Notes: generated from the sequence alone by a model not told the origin. 64,000 nt of DNA from Prevotellaceae bacterium (GCA_031262085.1 JAISIN010000096.1:2471-66470), one strand, 5' to 3'. Positions 16,716 to 30,537 are shown, counted from the first letter of the stretch. Made by a program: numbers and translations.

Positions 16716-17498
16716 ATGGAAGAGACAAAAATGGTGCTCCGCACCGAAGATTTGGTAAAGAAGTATGGCAAACGTACCGTAGTAAGCCACGTATCTATCG
16801 ACGTGAAGCAAGGAGAGATTGTAGGATTGCTCGGACCTAACGGCGCCGGTAAAACAACCTCGTTCTATATGACCGTAGGCTTAATAACACCCAACGAAGG
16901 ACGTATCTTTCTGAACGATCTCGACATTACCAAATACCCTGTATACAAACGGGCACGCAATGGCATCGGCTATCTGGCGCAAGAAGCATCGGTATTCAGG
17001 CAAATGAGTGTGGAAGACAACATCACTGCCGTACTGGAGATGACCGACAAGCCGCTGAGCTACCAGAAAGATAAGCTCGAAAGCCTGATTGCCGAGTTCA
17101 GACTGCAAAAGGTACGGAAGAACAAAGGTAACCAACTGTCGGGCGGCGAGCGCCGACGCACAGAGATTGCACGCTGTCTGGCCATTGACCCTAAGTTTAT
17201 CATGCTCGACGAACCATTTGCCGGCGTAGACCCCATTGCCGTCGAAGATATTCAGCAGATTGTGTGGCGACTGAAATACAAAAACATCGGCATCCTCATC
17301 ACCGACCATAATGTACAGGAGACGCTCAGCATTACCGATCGCGCCTATCTGCTCTTCGAAGGTAAGATTCTCTTCCAAGGCACACCCGAAGAATTGGCAG
17401 CCAACCAGATTGTACGCGAGAAATATCTGAGCAACAGCTTCGTTTTGCGCCGGAAAGATTTCCAATTGGAGAAGGAAAACAAACAAAGTGTACTTTAA
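16716..17498 (+). CDS. lptB: LPS export ABC transporter ATP-binding protein
   Basis: [42 protein letters not shown] and TDHNV. Confidence 0.96.
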   Translation: MEETKMVLRTEDLVKKYGKRTVVSHVSIDVKQGEIVGLLGPNGAGKTTSFYMTVGLITPNEGRIFLNDLDITKYPVYKRARNGIGYLAQEASVFRQMSVEDNITAVLEMTDKPLSYQKDKLESLIAEFRLQKVRKNKGNQLSGGERRRTEIARCLAIDPKFIMLDEPFAGVDPIAVEDIQQIVWRLKYKNIGILITDHNVQETLSITDRAYLLFEGKILFQGTPEELAANQIVREKYLSNSFVLRRKDFQLEKENKQSVL

Positions 17499-17605
17499 AC
17501 ACGATTCGTTCAACAGAAACAATTATCTTTGCCCACACTTGTTATAACTAACAGGTACCAATAAAGTTATCAGTAATCAAAATACTCACTAATTTTGAAT
17601 CTATC

Positions 17606-19153
<1,548 letters not shown>

Positions 19154-19168
19154 TTTGTGTATAAAGCT

Positions 19169-19203
19169 AAAAAGGGCGCACTCTTTCGAGTGCGCCCTTT
19201 TTT
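19169..19203. terminator. Bidirectional intrinsic terminator
   Basis: AAAAAGGGCGCACTC-tttc-GAGTGCGCCCTTTTTT between convergent genes. Confidence 0.9.
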
Positions 19204-19218
19204 ATGTAAACCCAATTC

Positions 19219-20421
19219 TTATCGGGCAGTTTTAGCAGTCTCGATAACAGCCATACGGTTCAGTCGTGCAGCGCCAAACGAATCAACGCCGCCCTTGCCT
19301 TCGGCAGTCAACTTAGCTTCATCTACGCCATAAGTCTTTACCAAGGCATTGACTACGGCTTGTGCACGTTTCAAGCTCAATTGCTGGTTGTACTCGACCG
19401 AACCGGTCGACGAATCGGCATAACCGCTTACAACATAAGAGTTGCCCGAATTTTTGATTTGATTAGCCATATATGCCAAGCTCGATGCCGATTCGGAAGA
19501 GATGGTAGCCGAGCCTATTTTGAAGAACACCGGTCCCATCTTCCCAACAGGCACCTCTTTCACGACCTCTTTTTCTACAATCTCCTTCTCGGGTTGCTTC
19601 TTGGCAGCAGCCAGGGCATCTTGCAGTTCACGATTCAGCCGGTCGCGCTCGGCAGCCATCCGGGCAATGCGGTCTCTCATCTCATTCAGCTCGTCGGTCG
19701 GCATTTGAGCCGCCGTTTTAGAGAAGGTACGTCCCGGGAAACGATACGTCAAGCCTAACGTGACGCTTGCCAAACCGTCGTGGCTATGACCGCCGCCAAT
19801 CTCACCGTCGAACTTGTCTTCAACAAACAAGCCGCTCAGCTCCAGATTGATGTCGATAGCTTTGCCTACCCGGAAACGGTTCACAAGACCGCCGTTCAGC
19901 CCTAACGAATTTCTGTGAGGAGCATCATAACTGTGCACAATACCTGCACCGAGATAAGGAATAAACTCGTACACGCGCTTCTCGTTATAACCGAAGAAGA
20001 GTGTGCTCAAATTAAACATGGCATCACCATGCAGATTCATGTAATCGAATTTCTGCGTATAAAGACCATTTACAGCAGCACCGTCGGTATAGGTACCTCC
20101 GGTATAGTAAGTTACGCCCTTGGCCTGCAATCCGCTGTACTGCACGCGCAAACCTAATCCCGGAGTAAACCATTTACCCAAAGCAACATTTAATGTAGGG
20201 CTGATTCTGTCACCAAAGTCGGCTTTACTATCGGCTTCGCCGAACATCACTGAAACACCTCCCCCGGCGGAGATAAACCAATTGTGCCAAAACTTGTTGG
20301 TAAGCACTTGAAACTTGTTTTGCTCTTTGGCAAATCCATCACTGTTCGTTGCAGCGCCGTATTGCGCAAATGCAACCGTCGACATGCCGGCAAAAGCCAG
20401 CGCCATTAGATACTTTTTCAT
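19219..20421 (-). CDS. OmpA family outer-membrane protein
   Basis: Signal peptide, beta-barrel (NWFISAGGG, GKWFTPGLGLR), coiled linker, and OmpA C-terminal domain (VFFKIGS, GYADSSTG..YNQQLSLKRA, LNRMA); TACCTTTG box at 20561-20568. Confidence 0.92.
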   Translation of the reverse strand: MKKYLMALAFAGMSTVAFAQYGAATNSDGFAKEQNKFQVLTNKFWHNWFISAGGGVSVMFGEADSKADFGDRISPTLNVALGKWFTPGLGLRVQYSGLQAKGVTYYTGGTYTDGAAVNGLYTQKFDYMNLHGDAMFNLSTLFFGYNEKRVYEFIPYLGAGIVHSYDAPHRNSLGLNGGLVNRFRVGKAIDINLELSGLFVEDKFDGEIGGGHSHDGLASVTLGLTYRFPGRTFSKTAAQMPTDELNEMRDRIARMAAERDRLNRELQDALAAAKKQPEKEIVEKEVVKEVPVGKMGPVFFKIGSATISSESASSLAYMANQIKNSGNSYVVSGYADSSTGSVEYNQQLSLKRAQAVVNALVKTYGVDEAKLTAEGKGGVDSFGAARLNRMAVIETAKTAR

Positions 20422-20654
20422 TTTTACTAATTAATAAACGGTTTGAGGGTTAATACCCAATTTATGTTCATATCATGTTTTACGGTTTAGTATTGCTATA
20501 TACAAGCAACTCAGTTTGTCGTATTATAATCGCTTTGTCGCATTACTATTATAACGGGCGCAAAGGTAAGACGTTTTTCGTTAATTGCCACACTTTTATA
20601 AAAAAAAACAACTTTCTACTCATTTTATCACAAACAATGGCGGCATTTCTCCGC

Positions 20655-22502
20655 TCAAGAACGCGACGAAGCCCGAAAAAGCTTTCCTATCTCTTCCTCT
20701 TTGATGATTGTAAGAATAATCTGCCCGTCGGGTGTATAATTGGGCGTTTCGCAAGCAAACAGCTTATCGGTCAGAGAGACGATCTCGTCCTGCGAAAGCA
20801 CCTGACCATATACGATGGCGGCAGCCCGCGCCAAGGTCAATGCCAGCAGCCGATGCACTTCACTCTTCACATCACCTCCTTTTTCCATGGCAGTATGCAG
20901 CATATTGAGCACCACTTCGACCGGACTCAAACCCTCAATACCTTCGGGTACCCCACTCACGGCATAACTGCCGCCTCCCAACGGGGTCAGTTCGAAACCA
21001 ATGGCAGAAATATCGTTCAAGATGCTCTCCATCACGCTGTTCTCGGCAGCCGACAGTTGCACTATCTCGGGGAAAAGCACTCCCTGCGAAGCTCGAAGAT
21101 GCTGCCTGATGCGATTCAGATACTGTTCGAAAAGCACACGCACGTGGGCACGATGCTGGTCTATCAACATCAAGCCCGATTTTACCGAGGTCAGGATATA
21201 ACGCCCTTTAAGTTGCATGTATCCGTTGCTTGGGTATGGAACATCCATATCCGGCAGCAGTCCTTCGGTCGGTGATGCGTCGACATCGGTATCTGCCTCT
21301 GTCGCCGACGCCGACGGGGTGTCGGCATACAACTTTTCCCAGTTGCAGGAGACTGTCGGCGCCTTGCTGCTACCCCGATATCCGGTACCCACCGTTTTGA
21401 ACGGGTTGTAGCCCTCATCATAATGCACCTTGGGCGGTTCGGCATATCTATTCTCTTCAAAAGCAGGGATTTCGGGTGCCTCTTCCATATCGAAATCAAT
21501 CGCAGGGACGTTAAACTTCCCCAGCGTCTCTTTCACGGCAGCTGCCAGAATTTGCCAGATAGCCTGTTCGTTCTCGAACTTAATTTCGGTTTTTGTGGGA
21601 TGGATGTTGACATCAATATGGGCAGGGGCTACCTCGAAATAGATGAAGTAAGAGATCTGCTCGCCCGCCGGAATCAGTCGTTCATACGCCTCGAGCACCG
21701 CTCTGCGGAAATAAGGGTGGTACATGTAGCGACCGTTCACAAAGAAATACTGGTGCACCCGGTTCTTGGTAGCGGCTTCGGGACGGGCAACGTAGCCCGA
21801 TATTTTCACTAAAGAAGTATCGGCTTCTATCTCGAGCAATTCTTTGTTGAGCTTCTTGCCATGCACACCCAATATGCGCTGGCGCAAAGAAACGACGGGC
21901 AGATTATAGTTCTCGGCATCGTTGTGATACAGATGAAACTCCACATCGGGATGTACCAACACCATTCGTTCCAGCTCTTCGCATATATTCTTGTACTCTG
22001 TTTTGTCGGATTTGAGGAACTTACGGCGGGCAGGTACGTTGAAGAAGAGGTTCTTCACAAAGAAATTGCTTCCGACGGGACACGACACGGTTTCTTGTCG
22101 TTCCAGCTTCGAGCCGGCTATCACGATGCGCGTACCCAATTCCTCTTCGGGGCGACGTGTTTTCAGCTCCACCTCAGCAACGGCAGCAATCGATGCCAAC
22201 GCCTCCCCGCGAAAGCCCATGGTATGTAGGGCAAACAAGTCGGCTGCCGCACGTATCTTCGACGTGGCGTGTCGTTCAAAAGAGAGACGGGCATCCGTTT
22301 CCGACATCCCCTTCCCGTTATCGATCACTTGTATGCCGGTTCTGCCGGCGTCGGTGATGAGGATGTATATTTCGTTGGCGCCGGCGTCGAGCGCATTCTC
22401 TACCAACTCTTTCACCACCGAGGCAGGACGCTGAATGACTTCGCCTGCCGCGATTTGGTTGGCAACCGAATCGGGCAGCAAATGAATAATATCGCTTGTC
22501 AT
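20655..22502 (-). CDS. mutL: DNA mismatch repair protein MutL
   Basis: [42 protein letters not shown] and DQHRAH. Confidence 0.97.
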   Translation of the reverse strand: MTSDIIHLLPDSVANQIAAGEVIQRPASVVKELVENALDAGANEIYILITDAGRTGIQVIDNGKGMSETDARLSFERHATSKIRAAADLFALHTMGFRGEALASIAAVAEVELKTRRPEEELGTRIVIAGSKLERQETVSCPVGSNFFVKNLFFNVPARRKFLKSDKTEYKNICEELERMVLVHPDVEFHLYHNDAENYNLPVVSLRQRILGVHGKKLNKELLEIEADTSLVKISGYVARPEAATKNRVHQYFFVNGRYMYHPYFRRAVLEAYERLIPAGEQISYFIYFEVAPAHIDVNIHPTKTEIKFENEQAIWQILAAAVKETLGKFNVPAIDFDMEEAPEIPAFEENRYAEPPKVHYDEGYNPFKTVGTGYRGSSKAPTVSCNWEKLYADTPSASATEADTDVDASPTEGLLPDMDVPYPSNGYMQLKGRYILTSVKSGLMLIDQHRAHVRVLFEQYLNRIRQHLRASQGVLFPEIVQLSAAENSVMESILNDISAIGFELTPLGGGSYAVSGVPEGIEGLSPVEVVLNMLHTAMEKGGDVKSEVHRLLALTLARAAAIVYGQVLSQDEIVSLTDKLFACETPNYTPDGQIILTIIKEEEIGKLFRASSRS

Positions 22503-22514
22503 TGAATGTAGAAA

Positions 22515-22805
22515 TCAGATTAATCCGTTGGCAATGGCATACCAGAGGTATGCCAGTATGGAAATTGCAAAGATCAACACACCGATGTGTACCGGTTTGC
22601 GTCCGCTCTCTTTACGACGTTTCAGGTACGTTGTTCCTTCCACGAACTTACCCCGAATATCTTCGGGCGAAAACTCCTTTTCGGGTAGCATTCCCAACTC
22701 CCGCTTGGCGCTTTCTTCCATCTTAGCCAATTTTTCCTTCCGTTCATCTACATAGATATACGGATGATGAAAACCGCGAGGCTTCCGCATGGTAAACATT
22801 CCCAT
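22515..22805 (-). CDS. Small hypothetical membrane-anchored protein
   Basis: MGMFTMRKPRGFHHPYIYVDERKE... with a C-terminal TM helix; start trimmed to the ATG at 22805; operonic between the OstA-like gene and mutL. Confidence 0.65.
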   Translation of the reverse strand: MGMFTMRKPRGFHHPYIYVDERKEKLAKMEESAKRELGMLPEKEFSPEDIRGKFVEGTTYLKRRKESGRKPVHIGVLIFAISILAYLWYAIANGLI

Positions 22806-22848
22806 AATTCTTATTTTGAAAATTGAAAGTTGAGTATTAAAACTGCCA

Positions 22849-24477
22849 TTAGTTCCCTGTCCGTCGGATATGCAGGTTTTCGGGAGATGTCTGCCGACGG
22901 TCGGACTTGGGCAACTCATCGCCTGCCCGCTTGCCCCGCCAGTCGAAGATATCCTCTTTATTGCGCGGACGGAGATAATCGAACCACACATACGATGGCA
23001 ACCTAAGCTTATCTGCCGGTATCTGGCTCATGGGATACATTGTGCCGTTGGCTTTTCCTATAAACATGCCCTTTTCCATGCGGCGCTGCATCAAGAACAT
23101 ACGTAAAAATCCGCCTTCGGCATAGTTCAGCCCGATCAGTGTGGTATCTTTTTCCTCGACCGGATAATAGATCAGCATCACACTGCCGTTGACATCAACC
23201 TGTCGCATATCACCGTCGACGAAAAACGCCTTCATCTCCTTGCCCGACACCTGATTGTAGTGCACGCTGTCCATCCGCTCTACGGTGAGAGCCTGATTGA
23301 TGATATGCGCCCAATTGATAGTGCCGCTCTTCAGGTAGATTTTGATCTCTTCGCCCAGCAGTTGTTGGGTATCGTGCCACAAGACAGGATCGGTGTACAT
23401 GGTCATGCACGAATCTTTGGAGTTGTAAACCAACGAATCGCACACAGCCTGCACATCTGTGCGGTAAACACGCACTTTATGATAAGCGCGCATCACGCGA
23501 TAGACCGAATCGGTATTCAAGTCGAACGTGAACAGTCGCAGGGTATCACCGTGTATATACAAACTGTCGCCCTGCGAATAGTCTATCGCCACCGCTCGCC
23601 GGGTGGCAAAAGCATTCCCAGCCAATTCGTTGTAATAACAATAATCGCCGGTAAGCATGTTTCGATTGACAGTGTCGTTCATCTGCACATGGTCGAATGC
23701 CTCGCCATAACCGCGCAACCGGTCATAGAACAAACTGTCGCCCGTAAGTCGCTTGCCTTGATTGGTCAGCACAGACCGGTCAAGCAATTCCGCCTGTTCG
23801 TTCACCGTATTGTAGATGCCCCGTTCGGAATAGATGTGGTTCTGTTCACTCACGATGTTGGATGGACCTAGTATGGTAGCCACTTTACTCTCGGTGCTAT
23901 ACCTCAGGGTGTCTGAGGTAAGCACAAATTTGGGGTTGGTCAGATCGACATCATGATTGAATACGGCTATCTTGGTAGCCGGACTGTATTCCCCCCAATT
24001 GGAGGTAAGTACATTCTGCTCGTCGGTGAGCGTTCCTCCATCGAAGTAATATCCCAAATTGAGGATGCGGTCATAGTTCAGACTATCGGTAGTAAGCTTA
24101 GTATTCCTATTAATCATCCGTACATTTCTCCGCAGCATGGCGATCTGGCTGGTGCCATCGTAATAGAGATAGTCTCCATATATAAATAAGGTGTCTCCCT
24201 GCTCCATGCGTACGTTGCTGAATGCTTCGACCGAGTTACTTTTTTCGTAGATATAGGCAGTATCGCAATACATGTACATACTGTCGTGCCTCAGCTTCAC
24301 CGACCCGATGAGCAGTTGCACATCCGGTCGTGCAAACTTATCGGCTTGCGCTTCGTCGGCATACAACAAGTCGACCCGCGTTTTTTTCTTGTCGGGATCT
24401 GTCCTTACATCTTGTGCATGCAACCCAACCGCCATGCCGATGAAGAGCACGCTTGCCAATGCCAGTTTGCGTTTCAT
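22849..24477 (-). CDS. OstA-like (LptD/LptA-related) protein
   Basis: Signal peptide and repeated beta-jellyroll segments (HDSMYMYCDTA, VEAFSNVRMEQGDT, QAVCDSL). Confidence 0.8.
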   Translation of the reverse strand: MKRKLALASVLFIGMAVGLHAQDVRTDPDKKKTRVDLLYADEAQADKFARPDVQLLIGSVKLRHDSMYMYCDTAYIYEKSNSVEAFSNVRMEQGDTLFIYGDYLYYDGTSQIAMLRRNVRMINRNTKLTTDSLNYDRILNLGYYFDGGTLTDEQNVLTSNWGEYSPATKIAVFNHDVDLTNPKFVLTSDTLRYSTESKVATILGPSNIVSEQNHIYSERGIYNTVNEQAELLDRSVLTNQGKRLTGDSLFYDRLRGYGEAFDHVQMNDTVNRNMLTGDYCYYNELAGNAFATRRAVAIDYSQGDSLYIHGDTLRLFTFDLNTDSVYRVMRAYHKVRVYRTDVQAVCDSLVYNSKDSCMTMYTDPVLWHDTQQLLGEEIKIYLKSGTINWAHIINQALTVERMDSVHYNQVSGKEMKAFFVDGDMRQVDVNGSVMLIYYPVEEKDTTLIGLNYAEGGFLRMFLMQRRMEKGMFIGKANGTMYPMSQIPADKLRLPSYVWFDYLRPRNKEDIFDWRGKRAGDELPKSDRRQTSPENLHIRRTGN

Positions 24478-25853
24478 TCCTTCACCCAGCCCGGGTATTT
24501 AAAGGCGCAGTTACGCCATTTTTCATTAATGCGCACGTAGGTGTGCTTCTGTTTTTCGCGTATCCACTTATCGAGCACCTCATTTTGTTTCTTCTCCATC
24601 ACAATCTCTTTCAATCGTTGATAGTCTTCGGCAATGGTCGCTTTATGCCCGTTGATTCGGCTTTTGAGTTTCACAATCACACACTCTTCCTTACCTGTCC
24701 GTTCGGGTGTCATGATAAATGCTTTCGATATTTCTCCTACCTGCATGCCATCGACAACCTTAGCTATTTCGGGCGGCAGTTGTTGCATTTCAAACTTAGA
24801 GGTGTTGTTATTCGGGTTGGGCAGTAAGCCGTGGTTATTGCGTGTATCTTTATCGTGCGACAATACGGAGGCGGCATCCTCGAAGGAGAACTTGGCGTTC
24901 CGGATATCATCGGCAATAGAATCTAACCGCGCATTGGCGCGCATCAGCGATTCTTCGGGAATATGGGGCTTTAGCAAGATGTGGCGTACCTTGATGCGGT
25001 CGCCTCTCTTCTCCATCAACTGAATGATATGGTAGCCATATTCCGATTCAACAATCTTCGAAATCTTATTGGGGTCTTGCAGATTGAATGCCACATTGGC
25101 AAAGGCAGGATCAAGTTCCCCGCGTCCCATAAAACGCAACTCTCCACCTTGTACGGCAGATTGCCTGTCTTCCGAATAGAGGCGTGCCAAGGTAGAAAAG
25201 CTGGTCTCGCCTTTGTTAACGCGATCGGTATATTCACGCAGTTGGGCTTTTACCGCCTCTATCTCGGCTTGTGGTATTTTGGGTTGTTGCGTAATGATTT
25301 GCACCTCTACCTGTGTCGGGATATACGGAATGCTGTCGGCAGGCAAGTTACTGAAGTAACGTCGCACTTCGGAAGGGGTTACCTTGACTTCGCCTACCAG
25401 TTTTTGCTGCATCTTCTGCACTCGCAATCCTTCCCGGGCATTCTCTCTCCACATTTCACGCAGCTGGCTCATGGTTTTATTATGGTACTCTTCCAGCTTT
25501 TCCCGCGATCCGATGGCGTTTATCTGGTAATTCATCATGTAATCTACGCGTTGAATCACTTCGTTTTCACTTACCTCAATACTATCGAGTGCCGCCTGAT
25601 GCAAGAACAGCTTCTGCACTGCCAGCTCTTCGGGAATGACGCAATAAGGGTCTCCGTCGAATTTTCGTCCGTTGTACAAAGCATCCAGCCGCATCTCTTC
25701 GACTTCCGATTTCAGGATAGACTCATCGCCTACCACCCATACCACCTCATCAATCACATTATCTTGCTTGTCTTGTCCGAATGCGATAGAGGCAATAAGG
25801 CACAGTAAGGCGCCGGTTCCAGCACGTTTAATGCTGTTTATCAACTTTTTCAT
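24474..25853 (-). CDS. surA: SurA-like peptidyl-prolyl isomerase
   Basis: IDEVVWVVGDE N-domain and two parvulin domains (FSTLARLYSED, GYHIIQL, RHILLKP). Confidence 0.85.
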   Translation of the reverse strand: MKKLINSIKRAGTGALLCLIASIAFGQDKQDNVIDEVVWVVGDESILKSEVEEMRLDALYNGRKFDGDPYCVIPEELAVQKLFLHQAALDSIEVSENEVIQRVDYMMNYQINAIGSREKLEEYHNKTMSQLREMWRENAREGLRVQKMQQKLVGEVKVTPSEVRRYFSNLPADSIPYIPTQVEVQIITQQPKIPQAEIEAVKAQLREYTDRVNKGETSFSTLARLYSEDRQSAVQGGELRFMGRGELDPAFANVAFNLQDPNKISKIVESEYGYHIIQLMEKRGDRIKVRHILLKPHIPEESLMRANARLDSIADDIRNAKFSFEDAASVLSHDKDTRNNHGLLPNPNNNTSKFEMQQLPPEIAKVVDGMQVGEISKAFIMTPERTGKEECVIVKLKSRINGHKATIAEDYQRLKEIVMEKKQNEVLDKWIREKQKHTYVRINEKWRNCAFKYPGWVKE

Positions 25854-26709
25854 TCTTTGTATTCAAATAATATTTAATTTTATTCTGTTTTACAGCTTGC
25901 TTATACAAGTCGGCTTTCACCTGCTTCATAAACTCCACCTGTTTGATATTTAGCAACATATCTTTCACTTCAGCACGAGCGTATGGGTATGGTTTTATTT
26001 CGCCGGGCAACAAGCAATCGCTTACATTGAGGAAGTAGTAGAACGCCGTATCCTTCAGTTCAATGTGCCTGTTTTCATTCACATACGTTCCGGCATCCTG
26101 TACTTCAAGAGGCAACATGTTGAGCACTTCGGACAGCGGCAACCACTTGTCGTAGAAGTACTTGTACGTTACGGCGTTTTGCAGGCTATACTTCTCGATA
26201 TGTTCTACGGCATCACGCGCAAATGTTTTGTACCATCTGCGCACATCGCCCAATTGCGGTGCGGCAAGTGGCACTTTGATGAACAGCCCCTGTATAAGCG
26301 GTCTTTCCAATCGGAACAGTTTTTTGTTCTGTTCGTAGAAATCGGTCAGTTCCTCTTCGGAGATCTCGTCCGATAACTGTTGTTGAATCAGGGCTTGCTG
26401 GTAGGTATGCATGATAAGCGCCTGCCGATAATTATTCACCATTTGTTCAATCTCCCCGTCGTCGGGGATATTGCTTTGCGCTTTTTCAAAGAGTAGCGTT
26501 TCCTCCACCCAGTTATGTATGTACTCGTTGACAAAACGGATGCTGTCCGACGGCGACTGCTGTGCGGTGTGTACAGCCTCAACCTCTTCTTTGTATAAGA
26601 AGATACCGTCTACCTCTGCCAATGGTATACGTCCTTTATGATCGTATGGTTCTTGACATCCGGTGCATATTCCTGTCAGTAATAATAATCCCGGGAGGAG
26701 TCTTCGCAT
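25828..26709 (-). CDS. Rotamase-like lipoprotein (peptidyl-prolyl isomerase family)
   Basis: Lipoprotein signal (CTGC), LAEVDGIFLYKEE, WVEETLLFEKA and IKQVEFMKQ; immediately upstream of surA; start trimmed to 26709. Confidence 0.65.
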   Translation of the reverse strand: MRRLLPGLLLLTGICTGCQEPYDHKGRIPLAEVDGIFLYKEEVEAVHTAQQSPSDSIRFVNEYIHNWVEETLLFEKAQSNIPDDGEIEQMVNNYRQALIMHTYQQALIQQQLSDEISEEELTDFYEQNKKLFRLERPLIQGLFIKVPLAAPQLGDVRRWYKTFARDAVEHIEKYSLQNAVTYKYFYDKWLPLSEVLNMLPLEVQDAGTYVNENRHIELKDTAFYYFLNVSDCLLPGEIKPYPYARAEVKDMLLNIKQVEFMKQVKADLYKQAVKQNKIKYYLNTKNEKVDKQH

Positions 26710-26813
26710 GCTCTTTTCTACATTATGATTTGTTATACGGCTACGAAGATAGGAGTAAAACTTGTTGTTCTCCATTTCCGTTAACGGTTTTTATCACCTC
26801 TTGGCGAAAAATA

Positions 26814-28289
26814 CTACTCCGGTCGGCTGTAATTGGGCGCCTCACTGGTGATGGATACATCGTGCGGATGGCTTTCGAGCACACCGGCATTCGTGATGCG
26901 CGTAAACTTGGCATTGTGCAGTTGTAAAATGTTGGTAGCGCCGCAATAGCCCATTCCGGCGCGCAAACCACCGGTAAGTTGGAAGATCACTTCGTAGAGG
27001 GTTCCCTTGTAAGGAACACGCGCCGAGATGCCTTCGGGTACTAATTTCTTCACATCGTTGGTTCCGCTTTGGAAGTACCGGTCTTTCGATCCGTTCTCCA
27101 TGGCTTCGAGCGATCCCATACCTCGATATGATTTGAATTTTCGTCCGTTGAAAATGATGGTATCTCCGGGCGCTTCTTCGGTACCGGCGACCAAAGATCC
27201 GACCATTACGCAGTATCCTCCGGCAGCCAATGCTTTAACGACATCGCCCGAGTAGCGCAAACCGCCATCGGCTATAAGTGGTATATTGGTACCTTTCAGT
27301 GCCTTGGCTACATCGTAAATGGCAGATAGTTGCGGCACCCCTACCCCTGCCACCACACGGGTGGTACAGATCGACCCCGGTCCGATTCCCACTTTCACCG
27401 CATCGGCGCCGGCATCGACCAAGGCTTTGGCTGCTTCGCCGGTGGCAATGTTTCCTACGACAATATCTATTTGTGAGAAAGCCTGTTTGGCTTCGCGCAG
27501 TTTTTCAATGACCGAATAGGAGTGTCCATGCGCCGTGTCAATGACAATGGCATCGGCGCCGGCATCTACCAGCGCCTGCATACGTTCGAGGGTATCGCCG
27601 GTTACTCCCACGCCGGCAGCTACCCGCAAGCGTCCTTTGCTGTCCTTGCATGCCATAGGTTTATCTTTTGCCTTGGTGATGTCCTTGTAGGTGATCAGCC
27701 CTTCCAGCTTGTAGTCTTTGTCGACTACGGGCAGCTTTTCGATCTTGTACTTCTGCAGAATCATCGACACGGCGTCCATATCGGTGGTTTGATTGGTTGT
27801 GATAATATTCTCTTTGGTCATCACATCGTCGATGCATCGGCTGAGATCTTTTTCAAAGCGCAGATCTCTGTTAGTAACGATTCCGACCAGATGTTTTTCG
27901 TCATCAACAACCGGTATTCCACCGATTCGATACTCCGCCATCAAGTCCAAGGCATCGCCAACCGACGAGCCTCGCTTGATGGTAACCGGATCGTAAATCA
28001 TTCCGTTTTCTGCCCTCTTCACGATGGCTACTTGCCGCGCCTGCTCTTCGATGGGCATATTTTTATGAATCACACCGATGCCGCCTTCGCGTGCAATCGC
28101 GATAGCCATTTTGGATTCGGTAACCGTATCCATGGCTGCGGTTACAAAAGGAATTTTCAGTTCAATGTTGCGTGAGAATCGGGTCGAGAGTTCAACCATA
28201 CGGGGTAACACCTCTGAATAGGCAGGAATTAACAATACGTCATCGAAAGTCAATCCGTCCATTACAATTTTATCTGCAATAAATGACAT
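26814..28289 (-). CDS. guaB: IMP dehydrogenase
   Basis: [13 protein letters not shown] pair, [12 protein letters not shown] and YRGMGS. Confidence 0.98.
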   Translation of the reverse strand: MSFIADKIVMDGLTFDDVLLIPAYSEVLPRMVELSTRFSRNIELKIPFVTAAMDTVTESKMAIAIAREGGIGVIHKNMPIEEQARQVAIVKRAENGMIYDPVTIKRGSSVGDALDLMAEYRIGGIPVVDDEKHLVGIVTNRDLRFEKDLSRCIDDVMTKENIITTNQTTDMDAVSMILQKYKIEKLPVVDKDYKLEGLITYKDITKAKDKPMACKDSKGRLRVAAGVGVTGDTLERMQALVDAGADAIVIDTAHGHSYSVIEKLREAKQAFSQIDIVVGNIATGEAAKALVDAGADAVKVGIGPGSICTTRVVAGVGVPQLSAIYDVAKALKGTNIPLIADGGLRYSGDVVKALAAGGYCVMVGSLVAGTEEAPGDTIIFNGRKFKSYRGMGSLEAMENGSKDRYFQSGTNDVKKLVPEGISARVPYKGTLYEVIFQLTGGLRAGMGYCGATNILQLHNAKFTRITNAGVLESHPHDVSITSEAPNYSRPE

Positions 28290-28353
28290 ATAATACTATG
28301 TATTAAAATTATTGCGCGCAAATATACGACAAAATAATGAATAACAAATAATA

Positions 28354-30537
28354 TTAGTTTGCCATTTCCGAGATAAACTTAATGCGCACCATCCGTACCT
28401 CTTCTTCGGTAAAGTCGTCGCCGAGTTCTTCGAGTGCATCCTCAATATTGTCTGTGGTCGATTCCTTGAAATAATCATAGATATCGAGCATGTGATCTTC
28501 GTCCATGATGTCGTCGATGAAATAGTCGATATTGAGTTTGGTACCCGAGTAAACGATGGCTTCGATCTCGTCGAGCAACTCATTAAATTCGATACCTTTG
28601 GATGAGGCGATATCATCGAGCGCCACCTTTCGGTCGATAGCTTGTATGATAGATACCTTAAGTTTGGATTTATTGGCTACGGTACGAACGCGCAAGTCTT
28701 CGGGTCGTTCGATTTCGTTTTCTTCGCAATGTCTCTTAATGAGTTTGCAGAACTCCTCACCATATCTTTTGGCTTTACCGGCTCCTACTCCCGGAATATT
28801 CTGCAGTTCGTCGAGGGTAACCGGATATATAGTAGCCATGGCTTCGAGCGACGGATCCTGAAAGATTACATAAGGCGGTATTTCCAATTTTTTGGATAGC
28901 TTTTTACGCAAGTCTTTCAGCATAGCGTAGAGGGCAGGGTCGACTGCACATGCTCCTCCTCCTCTTGTGGGAGCATCCTCTTCCTGTTCTTCAAACTCGT
29001 TATCTTCGGTAATTTTAAACGAGTACGGTTTTTTGAGGAAGGCATGTCCTTCGGGGGTGACCTTGAGCAATCCGTAGTTTTCGACTTCTTTACTCAGGTA
29101 TCCGGCGATGAGAGCTTGTCGGATGACGGCATTCCATATTTTGTCTTCCTCTCCCATTCCTGAACCGAAAACTTCGAGATCTTCGTGCAAATGCGCCTGC
29201 ACTTCCGACGTTTCCCGTCCCTGTAAGATGTCAATAATATAATCTGTTTTAAAGTTTTCTTTGACCGCAACAATAGCTTCTATTACGGTGCACAATAAAT
29301 CTTGGGCTTCCACCTGCTTTTTAGGGTTTAAACAATTATCACAATTTCCGCAATTTTCTTCTGTGTACTCTTCTCCAAAGTAGTGCAGTAGCGTTTTACG
29401 GCGACAAACAGACGATTCGGCATAGGCTGCTGTTTCGAGCAGCAGTTGTTTGCCAATTTCCTGTTCGGCTATCGGTTTTCCCTGCATAAACTTTTCTAAT
29501 TTCTGCAGGTCTTTATTCGTATAAAAGGTTATACATTGTCCTTCTCCTCCATCGCGTCCGGCTCTTCCTGTTTCCTGATAGTATCCTTCCAGACTTTTGG
29601 GAATATCATAATGGATAACATATCGCACATCGGGTTTGTCAATACCCATTCCGAAAGCTATCGTAGCTACGATTACGTCGATTTTCTCCATCAGGAAATC
29701 ATCTTGATTCTGGGTACGTATTTTAGAGTCGATACCGGCATGATAGGCTCTGGCGCTGATGTTGTTGGCTTGTAAGATTTCAGTCAGTTCTTCTACCTTC
29801 TTCCGGCTCAGGCAGTAAATGATTCCCGATTTATCGAGATTGTTTTTAATGAACTTGATGATATCTCTGTCGATGTTATTGGTTTTGGCTCGCACCTCAT
29901 AATATAGGTTTGGGCGGTTGAATGACGATTTGAAAACCTTTGCATCGGTCATATTCAGATTTTTCTGAATATCGTGTTGCACCTTGGGCGTTGCCGTTGC
30001 AGTAAGTGCAATCACCGGCGCCCGCCCTATTTCATTAATAATAGGTCGGATGCGTCGATATTCCGGTCGGAAGTCGTGTCCCCATTCGGAGATACAATGT
30101 GCTTCGTCAACGGCATAGAAAGATATTTTAATCGTTTTGAGGAACTCTACGTTTTCCTCTTTGGTAAGCGATTCGGGCGCCACATAAAGCAGCTTTGTTT
30201 TACCGGACAGTATATCTGCTTTCACCTGTTCGATAGCGCCTTTATTGAGTGAAGAGTTGATGAAATGTGCTATTCCGTCGTCTTCACTAAAATTTCGCAT
30301 GGCGTCAACTTGGTTTTTCATCAGAGCAATCAGCGGAGAGATGACAATGCCTGTTCCCTCCATGATGAGTGCGGGTAATTGATAGCACAATGACTTTCCT
30401 CCGCCGGTGGGCATAAGGACAAACGTATCGTTACCTGCCAATAGATTTTCTATGATGGCCTCCTGATTCCCCTTAAACGTGTCAAAGCCAAAGTACTTCT
30501 TCAGTTGTGCAGTTAAATTAATCTTCTTTTCTGCCAT
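28354..30537 (-). CDS. recQ: ATP-dependent DNA helicase RecQ
   Basis: MPTGGGKS, VDEAHCISEWGHDFRP, YQETGRAGRDG, CRR..CGNCDNC zinc site and HRDC domain. Confidence 0.97.
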   Translation of the reverse strand: MAEKKINLTAQLKKYFGFDTFKGNQEAIIENLLAGNDTFVLMPTGGGKSLCYQLPALIMEGTGIVISPLIALMKNQVDAMRNFSEDDGIAHFINSSLNKGAIEQVKADILSGKTKLLYVAPESLTKEENVEFLKTIKISFYAVDEAHCISEWGHDFRPEYRRIRPIINEIGRAPVIALTATATPKVQHDIQKNLNMTDAKVFKSSFNRPNLYYEVRAKTNNIDRDIIKFIKNNLDKSGIIYCLSRKKVEELTEILQANNISARAYHAGIDSKIRTQNQDDFLMEKIDVIVATIAFGMGIDKPDVRYVIHYDIPKSLEGYYQETGRAGRDGGEGQCITFYTNKDLQKLEKFMQGKPIAEQEIGKQLLLETAAYAESSVCRRKTLLHYFGEEYTEENCGNCDNCLNPKKQVEAQDLLCTVIEAIVAVKENFKTDYIIDILQGRETSEVQAHLHEDLEVFGSGMGEEDKIWNAVIRQALIAGYLSKEVENYGLLKVTPEGHAFLKKPYSFKITEDNEFEEQEEDAPTRGGGACAVDPALYAMLKDLRKKLSKKLEIPPYVIFQDPSLEAMATIYPVTLDELQNIPGVGAGKAKRYGEEFCKLIKRHCEENEIERPEDLRVRTVANKSKLKVSIIQAIDRKVALDDIASSKGIEFNELLDEIEAIVYSGTKLNIDYFIDDIMDEDHMLDIYDYFKESTTDNIEDALEELGDDFTEEEVRMVRIKFISEMAN